A stretch of DNA of 63,796 bases, counting the filler, from Reticulomyxa filosa (taxonomy: Eukaryota; Protista; Foraminifera): NCBI GenBank assembly GCA_000512085.1. It is 19 parts of 19 records of this genome, joined end to end, with 100 filler letters (N's around TTAATTAATTAA, not from the genome) between each part and the next. Parts side by side here need not be neighbours in the genome. Positions count along the whole stretch, not along the records: positions 51,074 to 55,812 come from ASPP01002356.1; positions 55,913 to 57,056 come from ASPP01027203.1; positions 57,157 to 59,187 come from ASPP01029653.1; positions 59,288 to 62,086 come from ASPP01009750.1; positions 62,187 to 63,796 come from ASPP01013236.1; 14 more parts are not named here. The stretch is one strand, 5' to 3'. The notes below the pieces were generated by a model, which searched no databases, was not told the DNA's origin, and saw only the letters and a program-made list of their open reading frames with translations. Shown in pieces: positions 54,760-63,796 of this stretch (position 1 is its first letter; each line of letters starts with the position of its first letter). The translations under genes were made by a program, and so were the position numbers.

Positions 54760-55177
54760 GGTTAAATTAATATGAAAGATTTGTCTTGCTGTTAGCGTTA
54801 CAAAAGGGAACCGAACAGCACAGCCAATTTGGGAAATGATGTTAGGTACTTATAAAACGCAACTAGAAAACTATTTTTAAAGGTTAAAACAAAAAAATTT
54901 TTGTTGTCTTAATATTTCACAAAATAAAACACTTATTTCTCATCACAAAGTTTATATTTATTAAATAAAAGAAATTCGTTTCAATTTTTTATTGACCCTT
55001 CGTGATCTTAAAAAAAAAAAGTTGAAAAGCATCTTTTTCATCATCTTTGCATCATCAAAGATCATCTCAAGGAAAAAAAAGAAGATACTTTAGCGCAGTA
55101 ATGAAAGTTCCGTTTAAGTTGTTTTTTTATGTTTTTCTTATTATTGTCTTTACCATTTTGCTTTATGACTGAAACAG

Positions 55178-55812
55178 TCAAAAGAAGAAGAGATCCAAAT
55201 CATTATTCATCATTGGATTCGAACATTGAACATTAAATTAGGATGGATCAAAGATTTTGACAAACTTGTCATCAATTATGTTAATTCATTTATTCTTTCT
55301 TTTCTTAAATATCAAACAAATCATTTCAATATTGTTAACATAGGCATCTATTGTCTTCATGTTTGAAGTATTTCGTTCATCATCCAAATTAATCAATACG
55401 TTCACTGGACATACAAACAATGTGTGGAGTATTGATTACTCAACACTTGGTGATTGTCAACTCATTTGTTCTGGATCAGCTGATAAAACAGTTCGTGTAT
55501 GGGATGTTGATAACAACAAACAAATTCAATCATTCAATGGACATTCAAATTCTGTTTATTGTGCGAGATTTTCGTCATATCATTATCATAATTCTCATCA
55601 AAATGTCATTTGCTCTTCATCATATGACAACACCATTCGTTTTTGGGATTTCAAAAATAATAAGCAATTACAAATATTCAATGGACACACAGAAGGTGTT
55701 AATGGTATTGAATTTTCACCATTTAATGGTGGTAGATATTTGTGTTCTGGATCTAATGACAATACAATTCGTTTATGGGATGTTGAAACATTAAAATCAT
55801 TACATGTTTTCA
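55178..55812 (+). CDS. WD40 protein with the LGWI-module exon, 3'-truncated
   Basis: Exon 55178-55279 SKEEEIQIIIHHWIRTLNIKLGWIKDFDKLVINY, intron 55280-55343, then ASIVFMFEVFRSSSKLINTFTGH and WD40 repeats. No intact first exon found. Confidence 0.85.
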
Positions 55813-57202
55813 NNNNNNNNNNNNNNNNNNNNNNNNNNNNNNNNNNNNNNNNNNNNTTAATTAATTAANNNNNNNNNNNNNNNNNNNNNNNNNNNNNNNN
55901 NNNNNNNNNNNNTACAAACTTAACAAAACCAGCAGACTGGTTATTTTTTTTTTTTTTAAAAAAAACAAATTTAAAGCAATACGTACTTGTCATTTTTTTT
56001 CATCCACATCCTCCTTCTACTCATCTTCCTCTTCTTGCTTACTGGTGCCTTGACTCAAATTTCGCACAACTCCTCCGCCAATTCGAGCCACTTTCACACG
56101 GAATGATTTTCCCAATGCAGTCGTTGCTCAATCTATATGTGCATTGTTTTTTAACAACGTTTGCACTATTTTCTTGCTCGTCTTCCACTCCTTCAGTCCA
56201 ATCGCTGCTGCCGTTGTGAACATCGCCATGTTTATATCGTTTTCACGTTACGCTATACCATCACTTCTTTTTCTTTCTTATTGGCGAGCTTGTGCTTTTG
56301 TATCGGACGGCAACAAGGCCCAGATTGTTTGAGATTGGTCTGGTACAATCTTGATCCAATGTCCCAGTGCCACCATATAACGAACGTCTTCCAAATAAGA
56401 AGTCCATTCGACCTCGTTGTCCTTGTAATTAGGGACACATTTTGGCTTGGATGATGCTCGATTGGACGTTCGCATATCGCAATGCGCCATTCACAAGTTT
56501 GAGGCGATCCATCAGCATTTTTCTTTTCTTTTTCGTTATCGGACGTATTCTTTGTTGCCGTTCTTCATTTCTTGCGTGCCATGATCGGACGTTATTTTTG
56601 AGCATGCCCAATGTCCCTACAGTTTCAAAGTTCAAAACTGACGATTCGAATCCAACTCCAACGAATACGAATTGGCGACCCACACTTCATTGTTCACCAA
56701 GTGATGTTCAATGTTGACGGCGAGCTAAAGATTAAAACCACAAAATTGCGAATGTGCGCACGCATACAACGAGTTTCCATTGTTGTTCTGCGCTTACAAA
56801 GTTAGCGCAATTTCCATAACAACGAGTCCATAACCCAAAGTGCGAACGCGCACACGTACAAGGGAACAATCTCCCGATTTTTTTTATATATTTTCTTCAC
56901 ATTTGTTTGCTCTTTTTTTTTTTCTATTTTCTTCAAATTTGTTTGCTCATTTTTTTTTTCTTTCTTCTTTTTTTTCTCATTGTCAACTTTTATTTTTATT
57001 TTTCTTTTTACATTTTTTAACATTTTTTTTTCATTTTACAATCATTTTTATTCTCANNNNNNNNNNNNNNNNNNNNNNNNNNNNNNNNNNNNNNNNNNNN
57101 TTAATTAATTAANNNNNNNNNNNNNNNNNNNNNNNNNNNNNNNNNNNNNNNNNNNNTTTCAAAAGATACACCAAAAACACACTTTTCTAGAACTCGGAAG
57201 CT

Positions 57203-57314
57203 AAAAAAAGCAAAGGAAGACAAAAGCAAAAAGAAAAGGTAAAATTTGGCGGCGCCTGAGGCCCCGCCTTATTTTACTTTTTCTTTTTCGCTTTTTCCTT
57301 CCTTTGCTTTTTTT
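57203..57314. repeat. Long near-perfect palindrome/hairpin (about 55-bp arms)
   Basis: Left arm AAAAAAAGCAAAGGAAGACAAAAGCAAAAAGAAAAGGTAAAATTTGGCGGCGCCT, centre G at 57258, right arm AGGCCCCGCCTTATTTTACTTTTTCTTTTTCGCTTTTTCCTTCCTTTGCTTTTTTT. Confidence 0.88.
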
Positions 57315-58856
57315 TTAATGCGCTTTTTGCTTGGAAGAATTTTTTTTTAATGCATTGTTAAATCATGTAAATTTTACTTTTATTTAATTTTTTGTTTGAT
57401 TTGAACCTTATTTTTAAAGGTTTGCTTATTTAATAAAATTATATTGTTTTTTTAATTATTTAATTTTTTTTTATTTGTAAACTTTCAGCACATTGTCAAA
57501 AACTTCATTTGTCGATTTTTTTCATTTTGGCAATTATTATTTATTCAGTCTGTTATTTTGTAGTTTTGTTTTTTATTAAATCAAACGTACAATTCCAATA
57601 ATCATTTACTTTCGTTTTATTGCTTTTAGTTTATGTATTTTTTTTGAATTTTGTTTATCCATTAACTTTTTTTTACAAGACAAAAGTACAATTTTTACAA
57701 CTTTCATGACTACAACAAATGTCAATACTAGCTTTTTCCTTTTTTTCTTTTTTACCAATACATTTATTCATGTTCATTGTGATTTTTCTTTATATTTTCA
57801 TTCAAGTCAAATCTTCGTAATTTAATACAACTTTTATTTGCTTTAAATGCGTTTGTTTTTTGTTTTTAAATTCGCCTATTGCTTTGCTAAACTCGAAGAG
57901 TAAGCATTTGAATATTTGGCTTTGAAACATTAATTGCGTAAACACAAATCCCATAAATTACACAAATTATATGTTTTTATGAATTACTTTGAAATAATTG
58001 AACAAATTTGTACACTTCTTTTTCAAATTATTTTATCTTTTTAGAAAATATGATTACATTTATTCTCGTCCAAAAAAGTAAAAAAAAGCAACAGTTCAGC
58101 CTTTTTTTGTATTCTACTGTATTTTTAATTTGCATTAATTTATCTGTTTTTATGCCAAAATCGGTTATGGATTTTCTTTTTGTTGATAAAAAAGGAATGC
58201 AAACACGTCATTGATGTTGTTATATTTTGATTTTGATTTACACCAATTAAGTAGTTTTGATATTTGTTTTTTTCATATTATACACCTTTGGGAAAGAAAT
58301 ATAACAAGAATATGTTGTTTTGAATCAGAGATATAATTATTCCACTGATTTTCCTTGGATTATCATTAGTTTTCTTTGTTGTCAAATTTTTTTTCTTCTA
58401 AAAATTCAATGACATGTTGACAATCAAATATATTATCATCTTTACCATCCATATGTGGACATTTATTTTATTGTAATGGAATAGTATGCCTTAAATTCCA
58501 CAATAAAAAATAACAGCAAAAGCATATGATAGTTGTTGTAATTGAAAAAAGCTAATGCAGTTGGATGAAAAAAAAAATTTTATAGTATTTCTCATTGTGG
58601 TCGATTTTTTTGATAAATGCCTTTTCTATTGCGTTCAACTTTATACGGGTGAGATTGTCCAAATAATGAAATTTTTGCATAGATCTTTCTAGTGTCCATG
58701 TTATAACAAAATTCTTCCGTTTTCTCACGAAATTTCGCTTTTTAATTTTGTTCACAAGTTCATTGTTGTTCTCCCTCATTCATAAAAAAAAGCCTTCTAC
58801 GAAATCAATAATATCTTGGCAATCATTATAACAAAGGTTGCCTTCAGAAAAAAACA

Positions 58857-59187
58857 ATGAGTAACATAGAAGACGAAAAAACTTCAAAAGAAAGAGAAAC
58901 TGGACTGTCCCCAGTTTCTTTGGAGAATTCTTGTTTCAGTAAAGAGTGGATTTTGCAGTTGAACCAGCAAGAGCAAATTAACCACTTTATTTGTTTGATT
59001 TGCAAACAAGTTGCCAGAAATCCTATTGAAATGAATTGTGCACAACATCGAGATTTGAATGAATCGCTTATTATTGGAGCCAATTGTTTGAAGCAATTCT
59101 TAAGTATTAATCCTGATTCTTGTCCTGTCCAGCCTCATAATATTTGTTTGTATTCTCCAAGCAAAGCAGTTCAACTATGTATTGGTG
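58857..59187 (+). CDS. RING-like/TRAF-type zinc finger protein N-terminus, 3'-truncated
   Basis: CFSKEWI...CLICKQVARNPIEMNCAQH...IIGANCLKQFL...CPVQPH; paralog of exon 1 at 33786-34427. Confidence 0.82.
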
Positions 59188-59297
59188 NNNNNNNNNNNNN
59201 NNNNNNNNNNNNNNNNNNNNNNNNNNNNNNNTTAATTAATTAANNNNNNNNNNNNNNNNNNNNNNNNNNNNNNNNNNNNNNNNNNNNCGTTACAATA

Positions 59298-59375
59298 CTA
59301 TATATATATATATATATGCATATATACATATATGTATATGTACATATATGTATATATGTACATATATGTATATAA
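59298..59375. repeat. Intronic (TA)n/(TATG)n microsatellite
   Basis: Alternating purine-pyrimidine tract. Similar tracts occur at about 7040-7115, 19920-19990, 21120-21185 and 44770-44815, and (TG)n at 27058 and 27430. Confidence 0.85.
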
Positions 59376-59416
59376 ATGAAATATGGACATATTGTTTTGT
59401 TTTGTTCGTTTGAAAG

Positions 59417-60379
59417 TTGAATCACTGGTTAGACACTTGTCGCATAAGCCACGGCGGACGATACAAAGATAAACAGATTGACGAGGTGATTGGCATAGTG
59501 AAAACGCTGCCGTTTTTAGGTTATTTTTGTGTATATAATTTGGTGTATGCGCAAATGACGTCGCTGTTTTATGCGCAAGGCTGTCAAATGAATATCTATT
59601 TGCCCCACGACAAGCAAGTCCCAATTGCTTGTTTAAACTTGTTCGATGCCACATCGATTGTTCTATTGGTGCCTCTAATGGATAAGTGGGTCATTCCTTT
59701 TCTTCGTAGGAAGCGTTTTAAAGTTTGTGTATTTGTTATATTTCTTTTTTATTTCCCTTCTTTCTTCTTCTCGTTTATTTGGGGGGGGGTTGTTTGACCT
59801 TTGCATCACAAAAAGGTAACAATGTTGCAACGCATTGGGTGCGGTTTGATATTATCTGCACTTTCAATGGTGGTCGCGGCAATTGTGGAAGTACTTCGAA
59901 AAGAGTCGGCGTCGTTTGACGTGAATGACACTTCTTCGGAGTGCGATAGCGGAGGTGGCATCCCTGTTTCGAAAATATCCATATTTTCGCAAATCCCTCA
60001 ATTCTTTTTAATCGGCGCTAGCGAAGTCTTGGCAAATACCACTGCCTTGGAGTTCTTCTTCAGTCAGAGTCCTGTCAAAATGCGGAGTGTCATGACTTCG
60101 TTTTATATGCTCACTGTCGGCATTGGGTCTTGGATGACCAGCGTTTTGATTGCTGTTGTCAATGCCAATAAAGACAATCAATGGATCACCAACAACCTAA
60201 ATCATGGCCATTTGGAATATTACTTTTGCTTGTTGGCTGTTTTGTCAGTTGTCAATTTTCTTGGCTTTTTTTACAGCAGTTACTATTATCAATATCAAAA
60301 CTTGGGCCAAGATCAGCTCTCTGCTTCGCAGTCCAAAATACTTCGAAAAGAAACTGGAGATCTTTTTTCTAATCACTAA
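59417..60379 (+). CDS. Proton-dependent oligopeptide transporter (POT/PTR, SLC15/NPF family), C-terminal exons
   Basis: VYAQMTSLFYAQGCQMN, LQRIGCGL, QIPQFFLIGASEV, LEFFFSQSPVKMRS, NLNHGHLEYYF. Intron 59723-59815. Confidence 0.9.
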
Positions 60380-61428
60380 GTATTCAATTGTTGTTTTGTC
60401 TTCTTTTGTCTTGTCTTGTACGTCTTTGCTTTCACTAGCAGTGTTAATACACCCAAAAAAAAATATAAATACTATTTGTTTTAATATTTCTTAATGCTAA
60501 ATATTCCAAAATGACTCTGTCTTGTAACTCAAAGTCATGCTATCGATGTCCCTCCTGATCATTTTATTACGTTACTTTTAGAAAAAGTAATGTGTTACTT
60601 GTTGAGCTTGCACAAAATACGCAAAAAATCAAGTTTGTGATATTTGATATTTTTTTTAAAAAATTTTGTCTAGAATTGAGTAAGTTACATATATTACAAG
60701 TTTTTTCACAACAAGCACAGCCCCTTTTATAGTTTTAAGAATGTCTGAAAACAAAAAAGGTAGCTACGTGTTGAAATAGAAGATTGGTCAGTATTTCTGC
60801 AGATATAAAGAAGCACTTTTTATGACATTGTAGTTGAAATAGAAAATAAATTGTTGTCATATAAAAGCTATTAAATTTGGATTTGACATATTGCAAATCA
60901 CTTTGTAGGATAATTAAATATTGATCCATTCTAAAGATTTTTTTCTTTTACAATGAAAGGAAAATTTTACTTTATCGAAAACATAATCAAAAAAGTATCA
61001 ATGATAATAAAAACCAAAAAAAATTACGTATAATTATAGAAGCAAATGGTAAAGAAAACTTAAATATTCAGGCATTTACAAAAAACAAAATCAGCTGTTA
61101 TAATGTTAAGTTTGCAAAAATGTTTATTAAAAATGAAAATTATCATTAAAAGCCTGTATGTTAAAACAAACAAGAATGAGTGACAGTTTATGGAGAAATT
61201 TTTCGGGGGTTGTATATAGATTTTTTGTGAGTGAAAACAATTTAATAGCCAGACAATGGAAATTGAAGCGAGCCAATTTCTAAGTTCAGGATCTGACTTT
61301 TAAAAAGTTCAGGAAATAGTTCAATTTTTATTTAAATTTCCAACGAGAAAAACGCTTCAACAGCGGATATAAAAATTAAAACCATTTTTTTTTTTTTTTG
61401 GAAAGAAAAAACAAAAGAAAAAGGATTG

Positions 61429-62025
61429 TCACAACTTGGACCGATTTTCATGACAAGGCTCAATTTTGAACTCTGTAATTTTGGCGCCACCACCGATTTT
61501 GGTAAGAATGATTTGTTTGATGCCATCACGTTTTAAATGAGAGGGCACAATTTCAGTTAATTTATCATTGTTTGCACGTGGCAAAGAAAAGCGCGTTTCT
61601 GGTGGACATTCCTCTCTCAATTTCAAAGGATCAAGACATGGCACTTTTAAGTTGGTATCAGTTCCAACGAATGCATCCTCGATGAGTTTGACAATGCAAT
61701 CCACGTACCTGGGATGTCGAACCAAAATGGCCGCGTTTGGCCCAGCATGGAACGTGTATCCGCACATGTACTTAAAGTAATGGTTGTTAGCAGTGGCAAA
61801 CTTGTCATTGATCAAGTGCACCAAGTCGATAATGCGAAACGAGGTATCATTCAAGTAGTGAATCGGTGGCCAGCTGTCCAAGCACACGCTGTGCAACTGG
61901 TTGCTGTCCTTCATCATCACCTCACAAAGCAAATCAAAATCGCGATCGTCAATGGCTTTTTTGCATAAAGAATTGACCGCTCGCATATTCCGCAATCTCT
62001 CTTTCATGAGCGTTGACGTTTGCTA
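61429..62025 (-). CDS. MVD: Diphosphomevalonate decarboxylase, last exon
   Basis: RDFDLLCEVMMKDSNQLHSVCLDSWPPIHYLNDTS, YTFHAGPNA and IILTKIGGGA. Confidence 0.9.
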
Positions 62026-62186
62026 TTATATCAGTATTATAAGTTGTGCAAAGTATTTGTGCATTGTTCTTATCCAAGTATATACANNNNNNNNNNNNNN
62101 NNNNNNNNNNNNNNNNNNNNNNNNNNNNNNTTAATTAATTAANNNNNNNNNNNNNNNNNNNNNNNNNNNNNNNNNNNNNNNNNNNN

Positions 62187-62219
<33 letters not shown>

Positions 62220-63750
62220 AACCAAAGTTTGCTTTTTATCTCGAACAAAGTTTTCAACATAAGTCTGGGCTTCTTCATCACGTCTATGTGCTAAAATATG
62301 CAGGATGGGATGGTCATAGAGTTTTTTCAAGCGATTTTTCTCAACCAATGCTTTGTGATAATTTTGTGCTTCCAACTGTAATTTGGAATGGTCCATATTT
62401 TTCAAGAATTTTTCCTCTCTCAATTTTTTTTCAATTTCTTCCAATTCTCGTTTTTCTTTTTCTTTCTCCGCCTTTTCATCGTCTGGAGATTTGGCTACCA
62501 ATACATTGAGATGTTCTTGTACCAGTTGACGAGTGGTCATTTTCATTAGTGTAACTACCTTGTAATAGCTATGGAGAGGATGACCGAGATTATCTAATGG
62601 ATATCTCTGCTCATCGAAATCTAATTCATTGTAACTTTGGAACATCCCAAACACCTGATCAAAATCGTCATTGATGACTTCCTTATCACCCAATTGAAAC
62701 ACTCGTCGAGATGGGCCAATCAGCACTTGGCACATTCTTTTACCATACGTTGTTGCTAAACAAGATGTCAATGGCCTTATATCCTTGTATCGTAAGTATT
62801 CATCACAAGTGTCTAAGTATTCTTTGATGCGACCCAAAAGACCCAATTTCACTGCTGTTGTCGATTGCACTCGTCCGTTTGCATACAATTCAAATGAAAA
62901 GTAATGTTGATTTTGGACATCTAAAAACTGATGCGCCATGTATTCCGACGCTTCACGAAATGTACTGCTTATGATCTCTTTGCAATCACTCATAAATCGA
63001 TGAGCAGACTTTAGCAGCTCTTGTTGGAACTGTTCAAAGATTTCTAATAAGTGCTAATTTATTCCAATAACAACAACAACAACAACAAATTAATTTATTT
63101 TTGTAATAATTTCAAGTCCAAAGCCAGATATTAAATAGAACAACAACAAAAAAAAAAAACCGGTTCTTTTGGTTTTTCCAATTGGTCAATGTATGATCGC
63201 ACACGAGGACCCATTTCTGAAATTATTTCTTGCACACGTGATATGCTTGAGTATTTTACACAGATATGCAATAATTCTTGTTTGAATTGTGCATCCTCCA
63301 ATACATGCCTGTATATGTGTGATCATTTATTGGTTCCTGTTATATATGTACATATATATGTATATTGTGTAACCAATAGAAATAGAAACAAAACAGTTCA
63401 GAGAAATCGACAGTATCGCCATCGTTTTGTCCTGTGGCTTCTTTGACCACATTTCCGATTTCCTTGATGCCGTCTTGAAATCCTGAATTGACCACTTCAA
63501 AAGTGGAATACACCAAGCCAAACGCACGTCGATTGGCTCGGTTGATCTCTTCGATTCCTTTTTTGAAATTGCCCACTATTTTCTGTGGAAAGAACTTGCT
63601 TTGGCTTTTCCTGGCTTTTTGAGAGCGAGCATCTGTCGCGTTGTCCCCACTTTTGGCCACCACTGCGCTTTTCACCTCTTTGCTTTCTTCACGGGGGTCG
63701 TGATCAAACGTCTGCACATTAACACAGGTGCACAAGATCGATAGGCTCAA
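62220..63750 (-). CDS. Munc13-homology (MHD2/MUN; PATROL1/DUF810-like) protein, partial, multi-exon
   Basis: VLIGPSRRVFQLGDKEVINDDFDQVFGMF (~plant VLLDGGPSRVF..KLLEEDVEVLKEFF), MKMTTRQLV and ILHILAHRRDEEAQTYV (~LLRVLCHRNDEAASKFL). Upstream exons at about 63000-63045, 63170-63320 and 63400-63750. Confidence 0.65.
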
Positions 63751-63796
63751 ACAAAAAAAAAAAAAAAAAAAGGGAGAAAAAAAAAAAAAAAAAAAA

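Noticed and set aside
55990-56800. Possible transposon or gag-like relic
   Set aside because: Coding-like composition but broken frames, and no RT, integrase, transposase or zinc-knuckle motif.

Overview
This is not a prokaryotic locus. It is AT-rich, intron-containing eukaryotic DNA made of 19 short segments joined by 18 identical artificial 100-bp spacers (44 N + TTAATTAATTAA + 44 N), so adjacency across a spacer carries no biological meaning. The expanded WD40, Kelch, HEAT, TPR and RING/TRAF-zinc-finger families and the homopolymer frameshifts fit the foraminiferan Reticulomyxa filosa or a close relative (inference, not a database result). One GC-rich segment (18412-19578, TetR + MscS) is bacterial. 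Recognisable genes: START-domain protein, class II-like HDAC, DUF5054 protein, R-S-E ADP-ribosyltransferase, RNF213-like C-terminus, acylphosphatase, ATP synthase subunit g, ATG8, fused ATP sulfurylase/APS kinase, SAM/coiled-coil/FN3 protein, MFSD5-type transporter, POT/PTR transporter, diphosphomevalonate decarboxylase and a Munc13/PATROL1-like protein. The best candidate for an undescribed system is a 34-36-codon phase-0 exon (IIxxWxRxxxIxLGWIxDFDKxxxxY). It sits N-terminal to WD40 propellers and C-terminal to a Kelch propeller, and occupies the slot that a RING/TRAF zinc finger fills in a sister WD40 gene. This suggests a shuffled E3-ligase adaptor serving a diversified receptor repertoire. 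Other highlights: a predicted mitochondrial presequence on the sulfate-activation enzyme, an ATG8 with an apicomplexan-like 9-aa loop, an enlarged ATP synthase subunit g, and an Asp-to-His change at the MVD catalytic site. All gene models were spliced by eye.
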